Source: Bacteroidaceae bacterium (GTDB lineage Bacteria; Bacteroidota; Bacteroidia; Bacteroidales; Bacteroidaceae). From it: a DNA stretch of 64,000 nt. Under the pieces are notes generated by a model. The model did no database searches. It saw only the letters and a program-made list of their open reading frames with translations, and was not told the origin of the DNA. The translations under genes and the position numbers were made by a program. Shown piece by piece: positions 26,265 through 36,200 of the stretch. The stretch's first letter is position 1; each line of letters opens with the position of its first letter. The stretch covers positions 18,401-82,400 of the forward strand of contig JAFZWQ010000042.1 in assembly GCA_017617235.1 (NCBI GenBank), in the 5' to 3' direction.

Positions 26265-29200
26265 TTATTTAACTACCTTTTTGCCATTGATGATGTACAG
26301 GCCCTTGACAGCCTTCGCAACACGACGGCCCGTGAGGTCGTAGATTCCGCTGTCCCCGTTGTTGTCGTAAATAGCATTGATGGCATCGGCGGGGTTCTGA
26401 TTGGTGCAGGGTGTGTCGGTCATGTCGTAGTTGGCTGTCACAATTGTTACGTTTTCAATACCCAAGTTGGTAACACTCGCAGGCAGTGTAACGGTTCTGG
26501 CGTTCGTTGCCCATACAAGGTTCCCGTCAGCATCGTAGAACTTGTGTCCAGCATAATTGGTTCCCTGGAAAATCATCGTTTTCTTGTTCCCCGACAACTT
26601 ATACCAGTCATCTGTGGATTTCTCGGCATTGGGGGTATACAGGGTATAGTCGCCACCATAATAAGTGGAATTAGCGTTCTTCATCAGGAATTGGTTCTTG
26701 TCTTCATCGCTCATCGGTACACGATTGCCACTAGCATCGGGAATGGCGTCGAATGGACCGTCGGTGATGGCGGGGTGTGTGATGACGCGGTCGTCAATGA
26801 ACATGATGTTACCCAGTTTCTTTTCGTACTTTTGCATATATTCTTTTGCCGCATCAATATCGGACTGGGTGGTGGTAACGAGATAGTTGGAATAGTCACC
26901 CACATGTACCTTCGAGATGGGAATGAACATACCGTAGGCCTCGAAGAATTCCGACAAGTCGGCTTCGGCTACATCGCAAATCATCTTGGCCAGGTGCAGG
27001 TAATCTTTGGAGCCAGAGGCTACGTTGATAGTACCCGTTACGGTGTTACCCTCGTTGTTTACATAGGTGACGTTAGATGTCGACGTTCCCTTATTGATGG
27101 GGTTCTTACGCATTGTGCGGAACAGATTGGGTAGGAACTGGTCGTCGTGGTGCTGGGCATGGAAGTAGAGATAGAGCTGATAGAACATCGAGGTGGTGAG
27201 CCAGATATCGCGCTTCGACCAAGGCGTTCCCTTGACCATTTGGTTGAAGTTCTCCGTTGGACCATCGCGACGGCTGGCCGTAATGCCCTGTTCGAAGACA
27301 TTGATGTTCGAGAACAAGTTGTTCGAGCTTTCTGTTGCTCCAATGACATTGATACTTGCCTGGTGGTTGTGACCAATCTCGTGGCTCGGTCCCCAGATAT
27401 TGCCACCGCGACGCATCTTGTCGTAGTTCATAACAGTGGGTATAGTGCTTTCGGTGTACCATGTGCCATAATTGGTACTGTGCATGTACGAACTGGCACC
27501 CGAGAATACGTTCCATATGTTGTTATAGATGCCGTCAAAGTCCTCTACGCCCATGTAACGGTCCTCGTTGGCACAAATCTGATTCCAAATATGTGTGAGT
27601 CCTTCTATGTCATTAGGCTCGGCCTCCAGCACGAGCGGGGTGTCCATTTGGAATACGAGGCGTTCGGTTTTCAGGTTCACGAACGGAGCCTTAAGCAACT
27701 CTTGCTGAAGGAGTTTCCAGTCGGCATTGGTCATACCGCGTGTGGCGTCCCAATAACCATTGAGCTGTCCACCTTCGATGTGGATGCAGATGTCGGGGAA
27801 GAGTGACAACTTTCGGGTCACGGTACCTTCTACATGCGACAGTTGGTAGAAGATGTATAGCATTTTCTGCTCGGAGAAACGGAATAGGTTCAAACCAGAC
27901 TTCAATGTCGTCTGCTCTCCCGTGGGGTGATTACCGGATACGCCATCGGTGCTGACTGCTTCAAGCATTAATTCGCTACCCGTCTTCGCATTTGAATCTA
28001 CATATATATATATGATGTCGCCAGGATTGGCTACAATACCTGTGGGGTTGGACAGACGGCCGAAGGGATTTGACATTTGGAAATTCTTGCTCGAAGCCAT
28101 GTCCTGATAGTTGCTGTAGATGTGATAGTCGGTTACACGGAAGAACTTCTCATAATCAGCCGTATAGTCGGATGACTTGCTGGCGAACTGCTTCCACGTA
28201 TTGTTCTTAACTTTCAGCACCATGCTTTGCATGTCAGCATTCAGGGCGGCAAAGTCTTCGTTCGCTGCCAACTGTTCGTCGGTCAGGGCCTGGATCTCGG
28301 CTTTCAGCGTGGTGCAGGCCTTGTTATCGAACAGGTTGTTCAGGTTCTTCTGCAGTTTACTCCTATTGGCTACCAAGTCTTCATAGGCAGTTTGTCCTGC
28401 ACGAGCGGCCTCTATTTCTTCTTCCGTAATTTCGGCCTCCACGAAGTGCCATTCACTGGCAGCTGCAGCGGGATCCCACCAGTAGACAACATTGTGCCCT
28501 TGCGAACTGGAATCGTGCAGACCACCTGAATTGCTTCCAACTTTTATGGTCCAGCGATAGTCCCAACCATCGTTTACGCGGACGATGTTAAATTCGACTG
28601 CCGATGTCACCATATGATAGGGTGTGCTGTTCTGGGTCTGGTTACCGATGTACTTTAGGGTCAGTACACTCTGTATGGTCCATCCTGAGCCACTCTTGTG
28701 CAGTTGCCAGCATTGTGAGAGATTCTCTTTGTCGAGTGTTTTTGTGGTCAGGTCGCTACCTTCGGTAAGATACAGGTCGTAGTAACTTGCAATACGGTAG
28801 TATGCACCGTCCTTTAACTCTCCGGCATATGGACTCATGCCGAGAATACGTTCTTTAATCTCGTCTTCGGTATAGTTCTCCACGGTTTCAAGATACCAAT
28901 CGCAGCCATCGTCAAAACTGTAAGTGAACAGGTTATGGCTGGTGTTCGTATTGAGGAACTTGCCTCCGAAATTCTTGTCGGAAGAGATATTGTAGAATAC
29001 AGCTGTGCCGGTGGCATTGGGACTTTTGCGGATGTAAAGGGTGGTTGCACCCGATGCTGGAACAGCGTAATCGGCTTGCAGATATTCGCCTGTGTTGGCG
29101 CTGCGGAATGTATAGCCGTCTCCAGATGCCTGAAGTATCCATACCTGATTCAGCGTGTTCAGGTTCTTTGCTGTAGTTGTTGCTACACCGCTATTTGCCG

Positions 29201-29327
29201 TAGACAGATAGTACGATGTGCGCTTGCTCTTTACACGTACCAATCCAGTGGTAATGTCCTGGGCATTAACGTAATTGTTACCTATAAAGGATAACAGCAT
29301 TAAAAGAAGAAGGTAGATTCTTTTCAT
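26265..29327 (-). CDS. M60-like (enhancin-like) zinc metallopeptidase with N-terminal lectin-like domains and a T9SS C-terminal sorting domain
   Basis: HEIGHNHQ zinc motif (HEIGH codons at 27370-27384), followed by ...ATESSNN... (downstream Glu). Ricin-B-like N-terminal repeats (QVWILQASGDGYTFRS, QCWQLHKSGSGWTIQS). CTD ...GIYDLTGRRVAKAVKGLYIINGKKVVK. Start reset to MKRIYLLLLML... (29327), because a TATCTTTG box occupies 29361-29368. Confidence 0.85.
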   Translation of the reverse strand: MKRIYLLLLMLLSFIGNNYVNAQDITTGLVRVKSKRTSYYLSTANSGVATTTAKNLNTLNQVWILQASGDGYTFRSANTGEYLQADYAVPASGATTLYIRKSPNATGTAVFYNISSDKNFGGKFLNTNTSHNLFTYSFDDGCDWYLETVENYTEDEIKERILGMSPYAGELKDGAYYRIASYYDLYLTEGSDLTTKTLDKENLSQCWQLHKSGSGWTIQSVLTLKYIGNQTQNSTPYHMVTSAVEFNIVRVNDGWDYRWTIKVGSNSGGLHDSSSQGHNVVYWWDPAAAASEWHFVEAEITEEEIEAARAGQTAYEDLVANRSKLQKNLNNLFDNKACTTLKAEIQALTDEQLAANEDFAALNADMQSMVLKVKNNTWKQFASKSSDYTADYEKFFRVTDYHIYSNYQDMASSKNFQMSNPFGRLSNPTGIVANPGDIIYIYVDSNAKTGSELMLEAVSTDGVSGNHPTGEQTTLKSGLNLFRFSEQKMLYIFYQLSHVEGTVTRKLSLFPDICIHIEGGQLNGYWDATRGMTNADWKLLQQELLKAPFVNLKTERLVFQMDTPLVLEAEPNDIEGLTHIWNQICANEDRYMGVEDFDGIYNNIWNVFSGASSYMHSTNYGTWYTESTIPTVMNYDKMRRGGNIWGPSHEIGHNHQASINVIGATESSNNLFSNINVFEQGITASRRDGPTENFNQMVKGTPWSKRDIWLTTSMFYQLYLYFHAQHHDDQFLPNLFRTMRKNPINKGTSTSNVTYVNNEGNTVTGTINVASGSKDYLHLAKMICDVAEADLSEFFEAYGMFIPISKVHVGDYSNYLVTTTQSDIDAAKEYMQKYEKKLGNIMFIDDRVITHPAITDGPFDAIPDASGNRVPMSDEDKNQFLMKNANSTYYGGDYTLYTPNAEKSTDDWYKLSGNKKTMIFQGTNYAGHKFYDADGNLVWATNARTVTLPASVTNLGIENVTIVTANYDMTDTPCTNQNPADAINAIYDNNGDSGIYDLTGRRVAKAVKGLYIINGKKVVK

Positions 29328-29360
29328 GGTGTTTGTCGGTTTAGTTAGTACTTCATTGGG

Positions 29361-29368
29361 CAAAGATA
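29361..29368 (-). promoter_or_regulatory. -7 box (TATCTTTG) of the M60-like peptidase promoter
   Basis: Exact TAnnTTTG on the minus strand, 33 nt upstream of the ATG at 29327. The -33 region is only T-rich. Confidence 0.5.
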
Positions 29369-29422
29369 CGATAATTAATTAAGAATTAAAAATTATAAAT
29401 TAAAAATGTTATGTCAAGAAGA

Positions 29423-29460
29423 CGAAAAAGCGCCACGATGATAATCGCAGCGCTTTTTTT
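29423..29460 (-). terminator. Intrinsic terminator of discoidin-domain gene A
   Basis: GCGCCACGAT...ATCGCAGCGC is an imperfect stem (29430-29453) flanked by A5 and T7 runs. Confidence 0.7.
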
Positions 29461-29477
29461 AGTGTTTAATGAGCCAT

Positions 29478-29488
29478 ATAGGCCCTAT
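29478..29488 (-). repeat. ATAGGGCCTAT motif, copy 2
   Basis: The minus strand reads ATAGGGCCTAT, 14 nt after the stop of gene A (29503) and upstream of its terminator. Confidence 0.9.
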
Positions 29489-29502
29489 AAGTCCTACAGG
29501 CC

Positions 29503-32500
29503 TTATTTAACAATCACCTTGGTACCATTCAGAATGTAGATACCCTTGCCGAAGTTGGATATTTCGTTGAGGGTTGCATGCTTCGAAACCATGCGGCCAT
29601 CGATGGTGTAAACTGCACCGGCCTTGCTTACGTTTGCCAAAGCGGTTTGGATGCCATCTTCGGCATTCTCGTCCCAAACAACGGTTACGTCTGCCTTCGG
29701 ATCCTGAGGAGTCTCGGTAGAGATGTATGCCTTGTTGGCTTCAATGCGAGTCAACGCAACCATGATGGCATCCTTGTCTGTGGCATTCACAACAAACTTA
29801 TTGCCTTCGAAGTAAATCTCGCCCTTGTCAATAACGATGCTCTCGTAAGTGCCCTTCAACAGGTCCTGATTCTGGGCAGCCTTGGCGAATTCATCGACAA
29901 ACATGGTGAACTTGATGTTCTCAGGCTTTTCCTCTTCATTGTAATCTACTAACTTACCATTGATGAAGATGAAGGGACGGCCTGCATGAATCTCGTTGTT
30001 GCCAACCTTAGCCAGAGATACGTTGTTGTTCTCGACTGCAGTTACTGTCCAAGCCTGGCCTTCGTTTGCCTTCAGCTTAACGGGGAAGCAGAAGTTGTTC
30101 AAACCACCATAGGAGATGGGCAGGTTGATTTCGGCTACGAAGTCGGCTGCATCTCCAACCTCTTCGATGTAGAGAGCACTACGAGAACCCAGAGTAGTGG
30201 CATTCCAAGTTACGAGCATATTGCCGGAAACCTGGGCGTGCAGGTAGTTCTGGCTTGCGCCAGCAGTCAGTGTCTTGGCTGCAATCAGGTTGAATCCATA
30301 ACCCAGAGCACTGGTAGTGAACAGGGTGGGATGTGCGCTCAGCGAAACTGCGCCTGTGCTACCGCCAGCCTTCACGAACAGGCCCGTAGCCTTGTTCTGC
30401 AGGGCATAAGCGCTGTCGCCTACAGCAACGAAGCGGAACAGCATCATATCCTGGTTGGTCAATTCATCCTTGTCGATGAAGTACAGTCTGCTGCCAATGG
30501 TCATATCTTCTGCCTCTGCCTCGATAACAGTATAGATGGCAGACTTGCGGGCGGCAGTGCTGTCTTCCGTTACCTTGATGGTATATTCGGTGGAATCTAC
30601 CTTCAGGTCGGCTGCGGCAATATACTTGCTCCACAGGGCCTGGCTCTGTGTAATGTCGCCTTCAATGGCTTTGATAACATCTGCATTACCTGCCACTTTG
30701 TCCCATTCGTGAGCATCGAAGTCTTCTTCGCTGGCAAAACTAATCTTGTACCACTTGTTGGTTTTCACGCCATTGGCACTCTTCAGGATGTCATCCTTCA
30801 TGGCGTTCAGACGGTTGGCATAGTCATTAATCTTAGCTTCTTCGAATACACCAGCTGCATAGTATGTTTCGGCCTCGTCGTAGAGAGCCTGGAAGGCAGC
30901 TGCCTGTGAGTCGTCGGCCCACTGACCAGGGTTCGTACCCTTGACGATGAGCTGTGCACCGCCCTTCGTGTCAGCCAGAGCCTGACGCAGTGCTTCGGCA
31001 TTGACGAACTTGGCTTTCAGGGCGTCATAGGCAGCCAACAGTGCGTCGAACTCAGCCTGTTGAATGCTGTCGTGTGCCATTAAGCTCTGTTCGCAAATAA
31101 TATTGTTCAGGGCAATGGCCTCTGCCAGATAATTTGCCTCCTTCAGCGATGCAGGATTCAATTGGAACTCGCTCATGTGGCCATAGCCGCGGCCTGTGGT
31201 TGTTCCATCGATGTAGAATCGCAGGTTCTTGTAACCCTTGGTGCCGAAGGGCAGACTGGTTAGGGTTTCCGTGTTGCTGGTATAGGGGGTCATGATGTAA
31301 AGCAGGAATTCCCAATCGCCTTCTTGCTCCTCATCTACATAGTTGTTGCTGCCATATACGCTCCACAGGGTGATGTGGTCGTTAGTAACAGGACGGCGTG
31401 TGAAGGTCATGGAGATGTCTGTGGTAACGACTTCATTCAATGCAACCTGCAGATAATGTGTGTGGTTGGCCTGGTTACCATTGTGCCAGTCGGAATGCCA
31501 ATAGGTAGTGTTCTTTCCGTCGAGAAGTGCACCAAAGTCTGTACCTTCGTCAGCATCGGAGTAAGGACTGCTGAACTGGTCGGCAGAGGTAATCAGGTTC
31601 TGTGAATCATCTACATTGATTTGCTTGAGCACATTACCCAGTTCTCTCTTCGAGGCGGTTACGAGTGTGTCGTAAGCTACCAGCATCAGTTCGTGTGCCT
31701 TGTCTTCGGCATAGGCAGCGATTGCAGCCTGAACGTCTTCGTCACTTACGGGTTCGAATACCCATTCCGATGCGCTGGCGGGGTCGTTGTTGCTCCACAG
31801 GGTGATGCTGTTTGTCTGCGAGTTGCTCCATCCTGCGCAGTGGAAGTAGTTGTAGGCGTTTGCCTTCGTTGCGGCCAGACGAATGTTGACACGTGTAATA
31901 CCATTCTCGGTGTTCACGGGATCCAAGGCAATCAGACTGTCACTTTCTGCACTCAGGGTAACGGGCTTGCCGGCATTGAAGCGTACCTCGTATTCTGCGT
32001 TCATCACATCGTACACGCTGTCCTTGTTCTCCACCTTCCAAATAGCGGGTGCGAAGGTTGCCAGGTCATTGGGCGTGCTGTAGATAGCGCTGATGATAGC
32101 TCCCATCTTGGCACTCAGGTACTTCAGAGGATGAGTAGTCACCTCGGTCTCTGTCTCTTCGTCAATCTCGGTCAGGGTGAATTCGTGTGCACTGCGGATG
32201 CGATAGTATCCACTGACGAGGTCGATGGGAACGCGGGTTGCCAACAAAGCCTCGAAGGCAGCCTTGATGCTTTCGCCTACAGCCTTGATTTCGTCAACCT
32301 CCATACTCATATAGTCTTCCATCAGGTAGGTCTCATCCCAATCGTTCATGATTTCCTTGAATGCATCGTAGGCGTCTGAATCGTATTGACCGGGCAGTGT
32401 TCCCACTGCAATAGCGTCGTCTTCCAGATAAGGCTTGTACTGTTCGTAGATGGCTTCTACCTCGTCTGCGGCACTAACCTTGGGACCCAGGTAACCCACG

Positions 32501-33087
32501 ATAACAATGAAATTGCTGGTGCGGGCGAAGTTGTATGTACCGTCGTTACGTACAACGGTGAATTTGGCGGAGAAAACCGACTCATCATCGTTTTCCCATT
32601 CCACATGCTGGTCGTCGTTGATGTCTTCGCTGGTAGCTTCGTCTGCATCTTCAAGGCGAACCGTTATGCTACCATCCTTTGCGCCCTTGTCGTTCGAGCA
32701 GTTAAAGTCGAACATTACGGCCTTGATGTACCAACCCTTTTCTACCATAACTTCGTAGATGGCATCGGCACTTCCGTAGCGACTGTAGAACATGATATTG
32801 TCCTTGTCGTCGCCCCAGGTAGACATGTTGTTGGCACCATTGAATTTGTTGCCACGAATGTCGACGGTTTCCATTCCTCCATTCTTGGTACAAATAGAAA
32901 TCGCTGGAGTCGTAGTGGAATACCAGGAGCGTGCCCAAGGTGTGGCCTCGTTTCCATTCCATGCTATCCACTTACCATTGCTGAGCAGTACTTCAAGCTC
33001 CACCTCGTCGGGGAAATCCTGTGCCTGCACTTGCGTTACTCCCACCAGGGAGAATAGCAACAATAAGAAAAAGTAAAGCTTCTTCAT
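29503..33087 (-). CDS. 1194-aa secreted protein (paralog A) with one discoidin (F5/8 type C, CBM32-like) domain, ricin-like modules and a T9SS C-terminal sorting domain; function unknown
   Basis: Signal peptide MKKLYFFLLLLFSLVGVTQVQAQ. Discoidin-like segment ...ALLDGKNTTYWHSDWHNGNQANHTHYLQV.... CTD ...GAVYTIDGRMVSKHATLNEISNFGKGIYILNGTKVIVK. Collinear similarity to the neighbouring 1225-aa protein. Confidence 0.85.
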   Translation of the reverse strand: MKKLYFFLLLLFSLVGVTQVQAQDFPDEVELEVLLSNGKWIAWNGNEATPWARSWYSTTTPAISICTKNGGMETVDIRGNKFNGANNMSTWGDDKDNIMFYSRYGSADAIYEVMVEKGWYIKAVMFDFNCSNDKGAKDGSITVRLEDADEATSEDINDDQHVEWENDDESVFSAKFTVVRNDGTYNFARTSNFIVIVGYLGPKVSAADEVEAIYEQYKPYLEDDAIAVGTLPGQYDSDAYDAFKEIMNDWDETYLMEDYMSMEVDEIKAVGESIKAAFEALLATRVPIDLVSGYYRIRSAHEFTLTEIDEETETEVTTHPLKYLSAKMGAIISAIYSTPNDLATFAPAIWKVENKDSVYDVMNAEYEVRFNAGKPVTLSAESDSLIALDPVNTENGITRVNIRLAATKANAYNYFHCAGWSNSQTNSITLWSNNDPASASEWVFEPVSDEDVQAAIAAYAEDKAHELMLVAYDTLVTASKRELGNVLKQINVDDSQNLITSADQFSSPYSDADEGTDFGALLDGKNTTYWHSDWHNGNQANHTHYLQVALNEVVTTDISMTFTRRPVTNDHITLWSVYGSNNYVDEEQEGDWEFLLYIMTPYTSNTETLTSLPFGTKGYKNLRFYIDGTTTGRGYGHMSEFQLNPASLKEANYLAEAIALNNIICEQSLMAHDSIQQAEFDALLAAYDALKAKFVNAEALRQALADTKGGAQLIVKGTNPGQWADDSQAAAFQALYDEAETYYAAGVFEEAKINDYANRLNAMKDDILKSANGVKTNKWYKISFASEEDFDAHEWDKVAGNADVIKAIEGDITQSQALWSKYIAAADLKVDSTEYTIKVTEDSTAARKSAIYTVIEAEAEDMTIGSRLYFIDKDELTNQDMMLFRFVAVGDSAYALQNKATGLFVKAGGSTGAVSLSAHPTLFTTSALGYGFNLIAAKTLTAGASQNYLHAQVSGNMLVTWNATTLGSRSALYIEEVGDAADFVAEINLPISYGGLNNFCFPVKLKANEGQAWTVTAVENNNVSLAKVGNNEIHAGRPFIFINGKLVDYNEEEKPENIKFTMFVDEFAKAAQNQDLLKGTYESIVIDKGEIYFEGNKFVVNATDKDAIMVALTRIEANKAYISTETPQDPKADVTVVWDENAEDGIQTALANVSKAGAVYTIDGRMVSKHATLNEISNFGKGIYILNGTKVIVK

Positions 33088-33144
33088 AAATAATTAGTTA
33101 GTAATTAAAAAGGTTAATAATCGTGTTTCTTATGGGTCTCGCGA

Positions 33145-33175
33145 CAAAGGTAAATATAATTTTTGATATGACAAA
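33145..33175 (-). promoter_or_regulatory. Promoter of discoidin-domain gene A
   Basis: The minus strand reads TTTG (33175-33172), a 19-nt spacer, then TACCTTTG (33152-33145), about 58 nt upstream of the ATG at 33087. Confidence 0.7.
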
Positions 33176-33179
33176 AAAA

Positions 33180-33213
33180 AGAGCCGTGGTTTTTCGCCAC
33201 GACTCTCTTTTTT
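33180..33213 (-). terminator. Intrinsic terminator of discoidin-domain gene B
   Basis: The minus strand reads AGAGTCGTGG-CGAAAAA-CCACGGCTCT (one mismatch), followed by T8. It abuts the promoter of gene A. Confidence 0.8.
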
Positions 33214-33217
33214 AGTG

Positions 33218-33228
33218 ATAGGCCCTAT
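33218..33228 (-). repeat. ATAGGGCCTAT motif, copy 3
   Basis: The minus strand reads ATAGGGCCTAT, 4 nt after the stop of gene B (33233) and upstream of its terminator. Confidence 0.9.
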
Positions 33229-33232
33229 GGGC

Positions 33233-36200
33233 TTACTTAACAGTCACCTTGGTTCCGTTCAGGATGTAGATGCCCTTGCCGAACTTAGACATGTCGTTCA
33301 GCGTAGCCTTCTTCGATACCAGACGACCGTCGAGTGTGTAAACAGCACCAACCTTGCTTACGTTTGCCAAAGCAGTTGCGATACCGTCTTCACCGTCACC
33401 GAAGTCAACTACAACCTCGAGCCTTCTGTCGAAGCCACCATTGTCTTCGCTATCGCCAGTGGTGATGTAAGCACCGTTGATACCAACGTTGTAAGAAGAC
33501 TTAACAACAGAGAACTTGTTGCCGTCGGCAATGATAGAACCAATCTTGATGCTGGTGCCTTCGAAGGTACCCTTCAACAGGTCGGTAGCCTGGGGCTCGA
33601 GTACGAAGTCGTAACCCTTCTTCATCTCAACCATTTCGGGATCTTCGCCTGCAATGTACTGAGCGGTGTCAGCATAAACGGCGATGAAGGGACGGCCGGG
33701 ATATACAGAAGTCTTAATCTCTACCAGAGTCAGCTTGTTCTCTTCGGCCTTAGCTACGCTCCACAGTTTGTATCCCTGACCTTCAACGGGAGTCATTTCA
33801 ACGGGGAAGCAGTAGGTGTTGATAGAACCGTAAGCCATGGGCACGTTAACACTGGTGCCATCGTAGTCGGCTTCAACGGGACCAACCTCCTCGAGATAGA
33901 AGCGGCAACGCTTGTTATCCCAATCAGAGTTGCGGTTGTAGTGTACCAATACGTTCTGCTGTACCTGAGCGTGCAGGAAGTTCTGGTCGTTGTTCTTGAG
34001 GCTGTTGCGAGTGAGGCTGGATGCCTTCAGGTAGTTCATACCATAGCCTGCGGGCTCGGGCTGGAACATACTGGGCTGAGCGCTCAATACAGCAACACGC
34101 TGTGCATTGATGAACATACCCGTAGCCTTGTTCTGCATGATGAATGCGGTGTCGCCCAAAGCGATGAAGCGCCAGTAACTCATATCCTTGTTCTGGAGAT
34201 CTTCGTCGTTGAAGAAATAGATTCTGTCGCCGATACCCAGTTCGCTGTTCTCAGCTTCACGTGAGCTATATACGGCAACCTTGCCTTCTTCACCGTCGGT
34301 TCTTGCAACAGAGTCGATCTGCAATTCACCTGCTGCGGCATACTTGCCCCACAGATAATCACTGGTGCGCTGCTGAATCTGCTCGCTGTATTCGATGGTT
34401 TCGCCACCAGGCAGCTTGTCCCAACCATGATCCTCGTAGAACTCTTCGGTAGCAAAGCGCATGCGATACCACTTACCAGCCTGAACGGGATTAGCAGTCG
34501 AGTTAATCTTTTCTACGAGAGCCTCCAACTGAGTCTTGTAGCCTTCGCTCTCACTTGCGGTATAGTGTCCAGCTTCGTCGTAAGCTACTGCATTGTCGTA
34601 AATCTGCTTGAAGGAAACGGCATCGGCATCGGATGTCCAGAAACCGGGATCGGTACCTACAACAACCTTCTCCTCGAAGCCCTTAACGCTTGCCAGATAG
34701 TCACGCAATACGGTGGGATCTACGAACTTGGCCATGAATGCCTCGTAAGCAGCCTTCAGCTCTTCGTACATCTCAACAGTTACGTTGTCGTGAGAAACAG
34801 TGTCGTACTTCTCAACTACAGCCTGCAGGGCAGGAACTACATCGCCCATAGAGATAGCCTGTGCGTTGGGGTTGGGCTCTTCGTAAGCGAGCTGCAATTC
34901 TGCAGAGTGCCAGAAATAACGGAAGCTTGCACTGGCTCCTTGACAATTGATAGGAGCAAGACGCAGTACGGTAGCATCCTTCGGATCGAAGTAAGCGCTC
35001 TTTGCGGTTGTTTTCTTACCTGCATACGGAGTATCCAGTGTATCAACTACTACCCAATTGTCGTCTTCGAGGTCCTCGGGATCTGTGCCACCGAATACTA
35101 CCCACTGTGTGGGATGGTCGTTGTCGGTGTCACGACGTACAATATTCAGATAAACCTGCTTGCCAATGGGTTGTTCGAACTGTACCTGCAGATAGTGCAG
35201 ACCACCCTGGAACTCGCCGCTGTAATTGCCGTGCCAGTCGGTGTGCCAGAATGTAGTAGCGTCACCGTCAATCAGGTACTCGATGTGCTGACCTTCAGCG
35301 CTGTCAGAGCAGGGGCTGCTGAGCTGGCTGGCATCAGTAATCAGGTCAACGTGAATCGGGTCGATAGCAATGTCCAGATTCGTCTTAGAAGCAGTCATGA
35401 TGGAGTCGAATGCTGCCAACATAACTTCGCGGTTCTTATAGGGCTCGAAGTTCTTGAGGATTTCTTCAGCCTCTTCGGCAGGAACCAGTTCGGGAATCCA
35501 TTCAGATGCACCGGGAGTACGGTTAGGCATGTCGAATGTGCTTACCCAACCTACCATTCGGCTTCCGGTAGCTTCACCTTCACCTGGAGATTCATTCTTT
35601 ATATTATGGTCGCACTGGTGCAGATAGCTGTAATCGTCCTCGTCGTTGTTACGCATATTTACCCACGAGTTGTCCTCGTCGTCGGTGTAAACAGCGCTAA
35701 GGGTAAATGTTGCAGTGGATTCTTTCGACAGGGTTACCGTTGTACTGCGGGCAATGGTGTCGACACGCATATCGTAACCCATGTTCATGATGTCGTAGCG
35801 ACCATCTTCCAGCTTAGTTACCTTCCACAGGGCAGAGGCATCCTGTGTCATGTCGTCGGGAGTGCCCCAGCATCCCTCATAGACACCCTGTTCGCCATTC
35901 AGCTTGGCGCGCATATACTTTGTAGAGTATATCTTTTCGTCTGTCTTGTCGCCAGTTTCCGGGTCAATTTCGTACTGGTAGTAACGTGCCACGGTGCGGA
36001 AACGATAGTAACCATTCTCCAAAGTGATGGGCACACGCGATGTCCAGATGGTGTCGTAGGCAGCGATAAGTTCTGCCTGCAGACGCTTAATCTCGTCAAC
36101 GTCATCGATTTCGTCCCATACGGCTTCGTCTGCTGCATCGTATGCATCCAGGAATGCCATAACCAGCTCTTCGCTGAAGAGACCGGGTTTGTTGCCCTGG